64,000 nt of DNA from a virus (Duplodnaviria; Caudoviricetes): positions 7,760-71,759 of IMG/VR virus record IMGVR_UViG_3300037067_005124; one strand, 5' to 3'. Positions 48,678 to 58,683 of this stretch are shown one piece after another. The notes below the pieces were generated by a model. That model was not told where the DNA came from and did not search any database. It worked only from the letters and a program-made list of their open reading frames with translations. A program made the position numbers and the translations under genes. The stretch's first letter is position 1. Every line of letters begins with the position of its first letter.

Positions 48678-50643
48678 ATGGCTTTAAGAGTAAGAAAAAG
48701 TGGCAGAATTCTTTGTGCTGCCAAAAGTTTACCCGAGGATGGAGATATTTACATTGATGACGGTATACATTGCTGGCTAACTAGATGCTTGGATATATCT
48801 ATAAATGTTATTGAATCTTTGGGCGAAGATGAAAACGGAGAGGAAGAATGGAAAGTTATCAAGGAGGTAGTATGAGTTATTATCCTAAAATCGAATCCAT
48901 AATAACAGAAGGTAAACGACTAGAAAAAGAAAAAGAAGTTTTAAGTAACATAGAAAGCATAATAGAAATAATTGAAAATCAAATAAAGAATCCAAACGCA
49001 TACACACAAGGCTATCTATCCATATGCTGCGAATACGATTCCTATTCCGATAGGACAAGACACCACGAAATAAAAGTATCAGGATTAGACTGGAACGACA
49101 TTAAGCCAATGCTTGAAAAGCGGAAAAAGGAAATTGCAGCAGGGTTTGAAAAAATACAGGAGGTACTATGATAGACAATAAAACCCTTGACAGTGCAAAT
49201 GAATTAATTAAAAAGGCTGAAAAAGTCAATAAATTAATGTCACAGTGTTTCGCACTAGATAATTTGTGGCAAAACAATTACTTTTCTGTAAGAATTTCAA
49301 ACAGAATGACAGAAGCCTACGTTGAAGTATCGGAAGAAACTGCAAAAATGATACAGCATGATATTTTAACACAAATGCTAAAAATTGAAAGGGGATTAAA
49401 GGAGGCGCTAGCATGAAATGTCACGACTGCCATAAAGAAATAAAAAAAGACTACGGTTTTTACAGCACTGGCGACGGTATGTGTACATACGGTGGTTGGA
49501 TAAGTCTTTGCAAGAAATGCAGAATTTCACATATAGCGGTATTTACCTTGTTTATAGGTGTTCCATTGGGAATGCTGGCAGCTATTGTGATAGGATTTAT
49601 TGTTTTTTATAGGTAAAGGAGGTACTATGAAACATTTGCTTAAGTCGTTTGGCAAACCCAATTCTACAAAAACAAATGAAGAGCTGTTCAAGGAAATATT
49701 TCAACACACAGAGTTACCTTACGGTTATGATGGCGGTTCTTATGGCGGTGGTAAAACAATCCAAACAAACTATAGGTTAGGCATAAGAAAAAATGAACAT
49801 GATGCATGGTTGTGTAACATTATGTTTTCGTTTGACAGCAAAGGAAGATTAATGAGTGTTGAAACAACAGGAGAGATTTAAGGAGGTACCATGAAAACAT
49901 GTTGTGTTATAAACGGTGATACCTTTGTATTAACATGGTATGACTTACTAGACATGCTGACAACCATAAGAAAACTGGAAATGCACGGTTTAATTGATGG
50001 CAATAAGGTTGCAAATGACTTGCTTGACTACTACACAAAGAATTATAAGGAGTTAAAACCATGAAAACCATATGCTTTTTTACTTCTGGCAGATGTTTGG
50101 ACGCAAGTATCACATAAGTACGAGAAGAAAGGGGGATAAAGGGATGAAAGGCAAGTTAAAAACACGTCTTAGAGTAGGTCGCGGAGAGACTTTTGACGAT
50201 AAAGGCTATGCCGGAAAAGTTGTTGAAATTACAGACACGGAAAACCATTTGATATACGGAAAAAGATATAAGGTTTTAGGCTTTGACGATTGGTTTGAGG
50301 CAAATTGTTTTGAATACATTGATAAGGAGATAAAACCATGAAAAGAAGAATAACTGTAAAGCAATTGCAGGAATTGACACCCGAACAACAAGTAAAATTA
50401 AATAGGTGGTGGAGTCCAGAAAACGGCGATTATTATTACTGCATAAATTGGGATTTTAAGCCATATAAAGGTTTAGTTTATTTGAAAGGCACAGGGGAGA
50501 AAAAACATGATGCACTTCCTTTTCTCAACATAGGCCAAATGATTGAACTATTACAGGATAATAATGTTGATATGTATGCTATATTTAACAGCGACGGAGA
50601 ACTTGCGGATGGCCTATGGCAAGCAGTAAAGGCGGTGCTATGA
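48678..50643 (+). other. Run of about eight small hypothetical ORFs interrupting the sugar-pathway genes
   Basis: Short ORFs, mostly coupled, with GGAGG RBSs. Confidence 0.6.
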
Positions 50644-51818
50644 TGAAAAAAATCTGTTGTATCACCACTTGCCGCGCTGACTACGGATATCTTTATTACA
50701 TCATGGAAGATTTGCAGGACAGTTACAACATAGTATTGCAGATAATATGTCCAACAAGTCATCAAAACTTCCAAGAAATAAATGATAAATTCGGTAGAAG
50801 TTTATGCCGTGCAAATCCAATATGCTCAATTGATGATTTCGGCAGATTTTACAAGGATTGCCTTGACTGTTTACGTGTTTTAAAGTCTGATATGGTGGTT
50901 ATTTTGGGAGATCGTTTTGAAATGTTGGCAGCAGCCACAGCAGTATTATTGCTGAACATACCAATTGCGCATATCCACGGTGGCGAGACAACGACCGGGG
51001 CTTTTGACGACAATATCAGAAATGCAATTACCATGATGGCGGATTACCATTTTACGGCAACGGAGGAATATGCCCAGAACGTATCTCATATGACCCGAAT
51101 TGATGAATACAAAGATTGCATAACAAATGAATATTGCTGGAATATGAACGAAGATGGCTTCGGGTATGAAAGATTTAATACACAAGACGAAGAAACCAAA
51201 AAACGCATTAAAATATTCAACGTCGGTTCACCCGGTTTAGACTGGCTGACACGCACAAAGTTACTTTCCAGGCAGGAATTACAACAGCATGTTTCAATAG
51301 ACTTGAATCAGCCGTTTATTGTGGCTTGTTTTCATCCGGTGACAAAAGAACTTGAACATACAACCGAATATACCATAAACATGTTAAGAGCGTTGCATAA
51401 ATCCGGAATGCAGTTCATAGTAATAATGCCTAATTTTGACCCCAAAAACAACGAAATACGCAATGCGTATCTATGTTACGATGATGATCATCCTAACAAT
51501 AACAAAGTTGCATTTATAGACAACCTTGACCACCTTACCTATTTATCCCTGCTGCAATTTGCTTCCTTCATGGTTGGCAACAGTTCAAGCGGAATCATAG
51601 AATCAGCGTCGTTTAACCTGCCTTCTGTGACGGTGGGAACGCGACAGGAAGGGCGAATCAAGCCCGACAATGTATTTTCCTGTCCATGCGAGACAGAAGC
51701 CATTTTGACCGCCATAGACCGCGCAAGGGAATGGAATGCGCTGGTAGGGAAGTGCGAGAATTTGTACGGTGACGGTAACAGCAGTAAACGTATTGTAGAA
51801 ATACTGGAGGAAATATGA
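50640..51818 (+). CDS. neuC: NeuC/LegG-type hydrolysing NDP-sugar 2-epimerase
   Basis: ITTCRADYG, ILGDRFEML, AHIHGGE, VGNSSSGIIE, GTRQEGR, YGDGNSSKRI. Confidence 0.92.
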   Translation: MMKKICCITTCRADYGYLYYIMEDLQDSYNIVLQIICPTSHQNFQEINDKFGRSLCRANPICSIDDFGRFYKDCLDCLRVLKSDMVVILGDRFEMLAAATAVLLLNIPIAHIHGGETTTGAFDDNIRNAITMMADYHFTATEEYAQNVSHMTRIDEYKDCITNEYCWNMNEDGFGYERFNTQDEETKKRIKIFNVGSPGLDWLTRTKLLSRQELQQHVSIDLNQPFIVACFHPVTKELEHTTEYTINMLRALHKSGMQFIVIMPNFDPKNNEIRNAYLCYDDDHPNNNKVAFIDNLDHLTYLSLLQFASFMVGNSSSGIIESASFNLPSVTVGTRQEGRIKPDNVFSCPCETEAILTAIDRAREWNALVGKCENLYGDGNSSKRIVEILEEI

Positions 51819-52111
51819 AAGTAGTAAAGCTATCAGGATTATTTAAAGAACTGCAAAACCTGCCACAAATAGAAGTTGCATCCGTCTTTAGTGAAGGTGT
51901 TGAATACCATACGCACACTTTTATAAATGGGTATTTGCATAACGACGGTGAAATAAAGGATTTATATTGTACCGAACAGGAGGCAATAGCCTTAACAAAA
52001 GGCTGTATCCACTATATCTTGAAAGAATATCCAAAAGTATGGGTAAGGGTATTCCCTGAGTTAGCAACGGAAGATGGAAAGTGCCGAGTTTATATGAGAT
52101 TGGCATTTTGA
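51815..52111 (+). CDS. Hypothetical protein
   Basis: Coupled ORF between neuC and the cytidylyltransferase. Confidence 0.5.
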   Translation: MKVVKLSGLFKELQNLPQIEVASVFSEGVEYHTHTFINGYLHNDGEIKDLYCTEQEAIALTKGCIHYILKEYPKVWVRVFPELATEDGKCRVYMRLAF

Positions 52112-52125
52112 AAGGAGAATAATCA

Positions 52126-52827
52126 TTGACAACAGCAATATTTCTCACAGTAAGAATAAATTCAACTCGCCTATCCCGTAAAGCCTTGCTTGAAATCAAC
52201 GGCGAAACCGTAACTGAAATCCTAATAAAACGGCTGAAAAAAACAAACATTCCAATAATCATATGCACAACCGACGAACCCGAGGACGGAAAGTATCTAA
52301 AGCCCCTTGCCGAAAAGTATAGTTTAGGCTATCATGAAGCCCCTGCAGGAAATATAATCGCTCAACATTCGGATTGTGCAAGGGAAAACAGGGTAGATTT
52401 TATCATAAACATGGATGGTGACGATATTTTAAGCGCTCCCGAGGTCATACAAGCCGTTTACAATCACGCCATAGGTAAAAAATACTTATACCCCATAAAG
52501 ACGGTAGGATTACCATTAGGACTTAATGTAATAGGCTATCCCGCACATAAACTGACGGAAATTGACTTTGACAAGGACACCAATTGGGGAGCGCAGATAT
52601 TTACAGGAAAACATGTGGAAATCAAGTTCAATTATGATTATAATTTTCGCCTGAGCATGGACTATGAATTAGACTACTTGGTTATAAAGGATATTTTAAC
52701 CCATTGCAAACGCAACCTGCTAGTCGGCGGCATATGCGACTACCTACAGAAACACCCGGGCATAGCACAGTTAAACTTGCACCTGAATAAAGAATATTGG
52801 GAAAGGATAGAGGAATTGGGAAAATGA
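52126..52827 (+). CDS. SpsF/NeuA-like cytidylyltransferase (CMP-nonulosonate synthetase)
   Basis: AIFLTVRINSTRLSRKALLEING, INMDGDD, RLSMDYELD. Confidence 0.85.
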   Translation: MTTAIFLTVRINSTRLSRKALLEINGETVTEILIKRLKKTNIPIIICTTDEPEDGKYLKPLAEKYSLGYHEAPAGNIIAQHSDCARENRVDFIINMDGDDILSAPEVIQAVYNHAIGKKYLYPIKTVGLPLGLNVIGYPAHKLTEIDFDKDTNWGAQIFTGKHVEIKFNYDYNFRLSMDYELDYLVIKDILTHCKRNLLVGGICDYLQKHPGIAQLNLHLNKEYWERIEELGK

Positions 52828-53008
52828 AATGGTTTAAAAACTTATCAAGAAACAGGAAACCGGATAAATTTTGGGAATGGAAAGACAAAGACTGCTATGT
52901 GTGTTCAAATAAAACATGTTTCGGAAATGCCGACAAGCTTTGTTTTAATACCCGTGACCAATTTCAACGGGGCAAATGTTCAAAAGGATTAAAGAAAGGG
53001 GAAAACAT

Positions 53009-54028
53009 ATGCGTATAATCGTAATCGGACTTGGCAGCATGGGGCAAAGGCGCATTAGGTGTCTTAAAGCGATAGGTTATACCGACATATACGGAACTGA
53101 TGCCAATACAGTGAAAGGAATTCAAACATGTAATAAATATAATATAGATTTTGTGTCACCTTTTAACAAAAACGGCTTAATGGACTGCAAGCCTGATGCC
53201 ATAATTGTATCTACGCCACCCTTAACAAAAGAGGGTTTTATATTTATGGCAAATTCTAACAATATACCTGTTTTCTGTGAAGCAGATGTTAAAATTTATC
53301 CGTTCACTTACCATAGTTCCGCAACAATGCGTTTTCACCCTGCCATACAAAAGATAAAAGAATGCATAGATACTGGCGACTTAGGACGGATATACACTTT
53401 CAATTACCAAATGGGGCAAAGTCTGTATGACTGGCACCCTGGCGCCGATATGAAAACATATTATGCAGCACAGAAGGAGTCTGGAGCGGCACGGGAAATG
53501 TTCTGCTTTGAATTATCCTGGCTATCGTATCTTTTCGGAACTCCCGTTGACGCAAAAGGCATGATTGACAAGAAACTTGACGACCCTGACATAATGGCTG
53601 ATGATGTGTATACAACAGTGGTAAAATTCAATAAACAGATATTCCAAACAGACAATATCGGAGATGTAAACGGAGTCAGTTTCATACGCGGACACGCTTT
53701 TCAGGAATCTATCACCGGCACCGTCCTAATCGACATAGTATCCCGTCCCGCAATTCGCGAACTGCGTATTGTTGGAAGCAAAGCTAATCTTTTGTGGAAT
53801 TGGGAATCAGACCACATCGAACTTGAATATCCAGACGGAGAAACATCAATGATTTTCTATCCAAAAAGTAAGGCGGCTGATGGATACAACGAAAATATTC
53901 CAGAATTTATGTACGAGCGGGAAATGCAGAATTTTATTGATGCAATTCAAGGCAAAGAACAGTATTTATACAGTCGAGAAGATGAAAAAGCTTGTATTGA
54001 AATGCTTGAGAAGGTGGAAAATGTATAA
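53009..54028 (+). CDS. Gfo/Idh/MocA NAD-dependent oxidoreductase
   Basis: IIVIGLGSMGQRR, IIVSTPP, VFCEA; DWHPG.D...Y...KE.G.G pattern seen in sugar-locus members. Confidence 0.85.
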   Translation: MRIIVIGLGSMGQRRIRCLKAIGYTDIYGTDANTVKGIQTCNKYNIDFVSPFNKNGLMDCKPDAIIVSTPPLTKEGFIFMANSNNIPVFCEADVKIYPFTYHSSATMRFHPAIQKIKECIDTGDLGRIYTFNYQMGQSLYDWHPGADMKTYYAAQKESGAAREMFCFELSWLSYLFGTPVDAKGMIDKKLDDPDIMADDVYTTVVKFNKQIFQTDNIGDVNGVSFIRGHAFQESITGTVLIDIVSRPAIRELRIVGSKANLLWNWESDHIELEYPDGETSMIFYPKSKAADGYNENIPEFMYEREMQNFIDAIQGKEQYLYSREDEKACIEMLEKVENV

Positions 54029-55040
54029 AGAAATAGGGAAAATAGTCTATGAGACAGTATCAACCAAAGAAAACCCGCGAAATAGCGAGGGTGCATTCAT
54101 AGAACTTAACAACGAAGATATTTTATTCGTTTACAGCAAGTTCACAGGACATAGGGACAGCGACAAAGCCTGCATTGCCTGCATACGTTCAAAAGACGGC
54201 GGTGAAACATGGCAAGACGAAAAGATATTATTTACAGTAGAAGAACACAAGGCCAAAAATATAATGAGCGTATCACTTCTCAGAATGAATAACGATATAG
54301 GAATGGTTTACCTTGTCAGAAAAGGATGGGGAGATACAAGACCTATCATTCGCAGATCGTCAGATGAGGGTGAAACATGGACTGAGCCTTTATGTTGCAC
54401 ACAAACAAAAGGATATTACGAAGTCAACAACGACCGCTTAGTTAGGTTATCAAATGGACGAATAATCATTCCAACGGCTTATTATGGCGTGAAAAAGAAT
54501 TACGACCCGCTTTCATTCCGTGGAACTGCAATATTTCTAATCTCAGATGATGACGGTTATACATGGCGGGAATCAAGCGAAATCTGTCAAATGCCCATTC
54601 CGCGTTCAAGAACAGGACTACAGGAACCTGGTGTAATCGAATGTAAAGGTTATTTGTGGGCATGGTTCAGAACAGATATGGGCTTTCAATACGAATCATT
54701 TTCGCGTGACAACGGGGATTCATGGACACAACCGCAGCCGTCAATTTTTACGTCCTCAGATTCGCCACTGTCGATGAAAATGTGGAATAAAATCTATGCC
54801 GTATGGAATCCGCGACCGTCGCATTTTGGTTGTCCTGTACCGCGCAATCCGCTTATGATGGCATGGAGCAAGGATGGGACGAAATGGAGCATGTGTTTCC
54901 TTGAGGACCCGACCAAGCTAATGGGGTACTGCTATACTGCAATACATTTCACGGAAAGGGATATTCTTCTGGCTTACAGCGCAGGAGAGTATAAAAAGGG
55001 GCATAGTTCGCTTGAAAGGTTGAGGATAAGGAAAATTTAA
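54021..55040 (+). CDS. Sialidase-fold (BNR/Asp-box) glycoside hydrolase, no signal peptide
   Basis: Five Asp-boxes (SKDGGETW, SSDEGETW, SDDDGYTW, SRDNGDSW, SKDGTKW); PRNSEG, GLQEPG, YCY near the C-terminus. Confidence 0.82.
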   Translation: MYKEIGKIVYETVSTKENPRNSEGAFIELNNEDILFVYSKFTGHRDSDKACIACIRSKDGGETWQDEKILFTVEEHKAKNIMSVSLLRMNNDIGMVYLVRKGWGDTRPIIRRSSDEGETWTEPLCCTQTKGYYEVNNDRLVRLSNGRIIIPTAYYGVKKNYDPLSFRGTAIFLISDDDGYTWRESSEICQMPIPRSRTGLQEPGVIECKGYLWAWFRTDMGFQYESFSRDNGDSWTQPQPSIFTSSDSPLSMKMWNKIYAVWNPRPSHFGCPVPRNPLMMAWSKDGTKWSMCFLEDPTKLMGYCYTAIHFTERDILLAYSAGEYKKGHSSLERLRIRKI

Positions 55041-55105
55041 AAAGTGCAAGTTCGGAACATAAAAAAATAATGCAAAGCACCTAATGGTGCAGAAAGTGAG
55101 TTTTT

Positions 55106-55513
55106 GTGAAAAAGTTTTCGAGTTTAATTTTGGTAGTAGTATTAATGGTTTCAATTTTACTTACTGGATGTCAGCGACAGTCAGATAGGGTAAGTTACAA
55201 TTTATCCTTGGAAGCAGATAATTTCAATGTTACCAGACAGTTAACAGTAATAAACACCAGAGCAGAAGACGGCAATGCTTCAATTCTATTTCAAATGACA
55301 GGTAATTTTTCTATTGAAAAAGAAACGGATGGCGATCTGGCAGTCATAGGTGAGAATCCAGGAGGGGTTTATTACAAGCACTTTGTATATCTTTCGCGGG
55401 ACATTACATACATAGTGGAGGATTTAGGTACTACAAGCGTAAGCAAGCACAGATTTGAAATTAATTTCAATCCGAAGATGATAGTTCCTGTTGAACCTGT
55501 CATTATTGACTAG
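55106..55513 (+). CDS. Conserved phage lipoprotein
   Basis: Lipobox LLTGC; SYNLSLEADNFNV.RQLTVINTR. Confidence 0.7.
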   Translation: MKKFSSLILVVVLMVSILLTGCQRQSDRVSYNLSLEADNFNVTRQLTVINTRAEDGNASILFQMTGNFSIEKETDGDLAVIGENPGGVYYKHFVYLSRDITYIVEDLGTTSVSKHRFEINFNPKMIVPVEPVIID

Positions 55514-55618
55514 CGTTAATTTACAATATTAGGACAAATCAATTCAGCGGCTTAACAAGCCGCTTTTTTAATTTTTCAAAGATAGAGAGTTAGAAAGAAA
55601 AACAGAGAGGATGATAGT

Positions 55619-55999
55619 ATGATAGTAAAATATTGGAACGAAGGTAAATGGTGTTATAGAGACGGAATAGAAAAAGTAACGAAAAGCGGCATATTCACAG
55701 GCGATTATTTGGAGCAATTGTACAATGAAAACCTTGAAAAATCCAAAATACAAATGCCACTTGACTTTTCGGAAGGTATTAATAAGATAAACAAGGTTTT
55801 TATGCAACTATCCGAAATAATCAAGGAATATGCAAGCTTTAGTCATAGCGAATGTGTTTTAAGGGAATGTGACGTTAATTCAGATTTAAACATATTTGCA
55901 CTAGTACTTGATAAAAAAGACGAAAATACGCTATTGATTACGTGTTCAGAGGTTTATTTAATGAACGACAAAGGCCAGACAATTGAAAGATTAGTCTAA
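55619..55999 (+). CDS. Hypothetical protein
   Basis: Ends in VYLMNDKGQTIERL, a recurrent phage motif. Confidence 0.5.
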   Translation: MIVKYWNEGKWCYRDGIEKVTKSGIFTGDYLEQLYNENLEKSKIQMPLDFSEGINKINKVFMQLSEIIKEYASFSHSECVLRECDVNSDLNIFALVLDKKDENTLLITCSEVYLMNDKGQTIERLV

Positions 56000-56039
56000 T
56001 TTATTAACTCTCTATCTTTGATTACCTTAAGGAGGAAAT

Positions 56040-56474
56040 ATGATACCAAGCAAAGAAAAAATAAAGGAAATTATAAAATCGCTTCAGCGAATTCTAAAAA
56101 TACAAGATTGGGACATTGATTTTGACTTTTGTGGTGATAAAAAAATTCAAGAATTGGCCGGAGATTTTTATTATGCTTGTTGTGAAAGACAAATGAGACT
56201 TCACAAGGCAACCATATACATAAACAAAGACCATAATGGTATTGATGAATGGTACTCGACGCTTGTGCATGAACTGTATCACATTGTTACTCAAAATTGG
56301 CACTATCACGCCAAAAGCCTTTTAGATTATATTGCCGATGAAACCACAAAAAGCAAGGAAAGTGAAATGCTCGCAAATTATTATGAGCAAACCATAGAGG
56401 ATTTAGCAAAAGGCTTTGTAAGTGCTTATCCTGTAACCAATTTTACCAAGGAGGTTGAAAATGTTACCGAGTAA
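56040..56474 (+). CDS. Zincin-like metallopeptidase
   Basis: TLVHELYHI (HExxH). Confidence 0.6.
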   Translation: MIPSKEKIKEIIKSLQRILKIQDWDIDFDFCGDKKIQELAGDFYYACCERQMRLHKATIYINKDHNGIDEWYSTLVHELYHIVTQNWHYHAKSLLDYIADETTKSKESEMLANYYEQTIEDLAKGFVSAYPVTNFTKEVENVTE

Positions 56475-56787
56475 AATTAAAATAGGTGGATACCAATATA
56501 AAATCAATCTGAAACCACAAAAGGAAATTATAGTCAATGACACTGTTTCCAGAGCTGCAATACACTTTGAAATCAACGAAATAGACATACAAGAAAACTT
56601 GGGGCATGGACGCAAATTGCAGACTCTTTTTCATGAAATACAACATGGAATAGACGAATTTTACAGGATAAATTACAAGAATATCGAAGAAGAAGAATTA
56701 GCTGAACTGCTTGCAAATACGTGGTGTCAGGTATTACTTGATAATCCGGAGTTATTAAAGTTCGTACAGGAGGTCGCAAATGAATAA
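56461..56787 (+). CDS. ImmA-like metallopeptidase (paralog of 26353)
   Basis: LPSKIKIGGYQYKI...TLFHEIQHGI. Confidence 0.65.
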   Translation: MLPSKIKIGGYQYKINLKPQKEIIVNDTVSRAAIHFEINEIDIQENLGHGRKLQTLFHEIQHGIDEFYRINYKNIEEEELAELLANTWCQVLLDNPELLKFVQEVANE

Positions 56788-58072
56788 CCATTTTGCTACA
56801 TACAGCAGGAGTTCAGATTGCTTTCCTGCAAATTGTCCCGAGGTTTTTACCCATGCTAAAGGCTGTCGTGCCATAGCTGATGATGGCAGGGAATTTATTG
56901 ACTGGGGGATGGCGTTAAGGTCCGTATTGCTTGGATATTGTTATAAACCCGTAGACGATGCAGTAAAAGCGGCTATAGACAAAGGCATAAGTTATACCCG
57001 TTCCAACCCATACGAGGGGGAATTGCGGGAAATAATCACGCAGGAATTAAAATTAGGTGAGGTTTGTAAGTTTGGCAAGAACGGCAGTGACGCTACAACG
57101 GCGGCAATCCGTCTAAGCCGCGCCTATACAGGCAAAAAATACATACTTATACCGCAGGAATGCCCGTTTTTCTCAACTGATGCGTGGTTTATCGGAACAA
57201 CTCAGGTAAATGACGGCATATTACCCGAAGAATATAAATACAGCAAGGTATTTTCGTATAATAATATGATGGTGGACGGAATAGATGTTGACGATTGGAT
57301 ATCTGAAAACAAAGACGTTGCGGCGGTCATAGTGGATTTGGCTACAGCAGACAACAGCAAAGAAAAACTACAACAGATAAGGGATATGTGCACGAAACAT
57401 AACGCGTTACTAATTATGGATGAAATTATAACTTGTTTTCATGTCGGTTTGCGTGGTTACCAAGGGTTATACAATATCAAACCAGATTTGACAACGTTAG
57501 CCAAAGGACTAGGAAATGGTTATGCGGTAAGTTGTATAGCGGGAAGAAGTGAAATACTCGACTTAACTATAAGGGGGAAAGGTTCGGTTTTTGCTGCATC
57601 GGGTACGTATTTTTCTAACACTCCAGAACTGTGTGCGGCGATAACGTGTATAAGGGAATTGGAGAAGTTTTCGTATTTTAGTTGCAATGACAAAAAGTTT
57701 GATGCATGGGATTATTTGAAAAATATTGGTGGTAAGATTATCGATTTTACAAACAACAAAATAAAGGCATACGGACTTGATACGTATGTTGAAATTGGCG
57801 GCTTTCCTTCTTTACCTATAATGAAATGGAAAACAAGTGAAGGATTAAAAGCCAAGACGGTATTCGATACTGAAATGATAAATCAGGGCATTCTTGCCCC
57901 GTATTGGTCGCCATCACTAAGTCATTCTTTTGAGGATATAACAATAACATTAGAGGCAATCGATGCTTCACTTGATGTTTTAAGAAGGGTAATTTCAAGT
58001 GGCAGTTTTGATAACCATATTGAGTTAAAATGTGGAAACTGGATAGAAAGACCAGTTTTCAGAAGAACGTAG
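56780..58072 (+). CDS. Class-III PLP aminotransferase (GSA-aminomutase-like, sugar-locus type)
   Basis: GREFIDW...LLGY, FGKNGSDATTAAIRLSRAYTG, LLIMDEIITCF, DLTTLAKGLGNG. Confidence 0.88.
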   Translation: MNNHFATYSRSSDCFPANCPEVFTHAKGCRAIADDGREFIDWGMALRSVLLGYCYKPVDDAVKAAIDKGISYTRSNPYEGELREIITQELKLGEVCKFGKNGSDATTAAIRLSRAYTGKKYILIPQECPFFSTDAWFIGTTQVNDGILPEEYKYSKVFSYNNMMVDGIDVDDWISENKDVAAVIVDLATADNSKEKLQQIRDMCTKHNALLIMDEIITCFHVGLRGYQGLYNIKPDLTTLAKGLGNGYAVSCIAGRSEILDLTIRGKGSVFAASGTYFSNTPELCAAITCIRELEKFSYFSCNDKKFDAWDYLKNIGGKIIDFTNNKIKAYGLDTYVEIGGFPSLPIMKWKTSEGLKAKTVFDTEMINQGILAPYWSPSLSHSFEDITITLEAIDASLDVLRRVISSGSFDNHIELKCGNWIERPVFRRT

Positions 58073-58082
58073 GAGGAATTCC

Positions 58083-58526
58083 ATGAATTCATCACGAATT
58101 GAACGATTGCTAATTGAATATTCCAGTATACCGGAAAGGCGGCGAGAAATTGAAATTAAACTGAAAGAAACCGAATTATTCAAACAAAATGCCACCGATA
58201 CACTAAAAGTGCCTGTTTTTGACGGTATGCCGCATAGCAAACAAATGCAAGATTTGGTTTATAAAGCTGTCCAAAAAATTCTTGATGAATTTCAAGTACA
58301 TCTTGACTACTACACAAGGCAACTTAAATTATACAACTATGCCGAGGCAACAATGTACAATGCGTTAAAGTGTTTAGAGCCGCACGAATACAACATAATC
58401 TACTGGCGGTATATAAAAGGGCATACATGGGAGATTGTTTCCATGAAAACAAATTACTGCGAAAAGCAATGCAGAAACATAAAAGACATATCAATAGAAA
58501 AACTGGCACAAAACTATAAAGAATAA
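58083..58526 (+). CDS. ArpU/RinA-family late activator (copy 2)
   Basis: LIEYSSI...; NIIYWRYIKGHTWEIVSMKTNYCEKQCRNIKDISIEKL HTH. Confidence 0.75.
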   Translation: MNSSRIERLLIEYSSIPERRREIEIKLKETELFKQNATDTLKVPVFDGMPHSKQMQDLVYKAVQKILDEFQVHLDYYTRQLKLYNYAEATMYNALKCLEPHEYNIIYWRYIKGHTWEIVSMKTNYCEKQCRNIKDISIEKLAQNYKE

Positions 58527-58582
58527 ACAAAGCCGTTCGAGTGATTAAGTTCATTCGGGCGGCTTATTTTTTTGTCTAAAAG

Positions 58583-58617
58583 ATTACCACCTATTACCGC
58601 ATAACTTGACTTATACT
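58583..58617 (+). promoter_or_regulatory. Late-type promoter 2 upstream of TerL
   Basis: ATTACC repeated at 10-bp spacing (58583, 58593), then TATACT. Confidence 0.5.
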
Positions 58618-58683
58618 GAAAATAGTGGTTTTCCTCCTTTTCTTTGACGGGGCAGTAATGCCCTGTTTTTATTTGAGGTGAAT

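Noticed and set aside
56780-58072. hemL auxiliary metabolic gene for tetrapyrrole synthesis
   Set aside because: No other hem genes; this subfamily is typical of nonulosonate loci with SpsF-like neighbours
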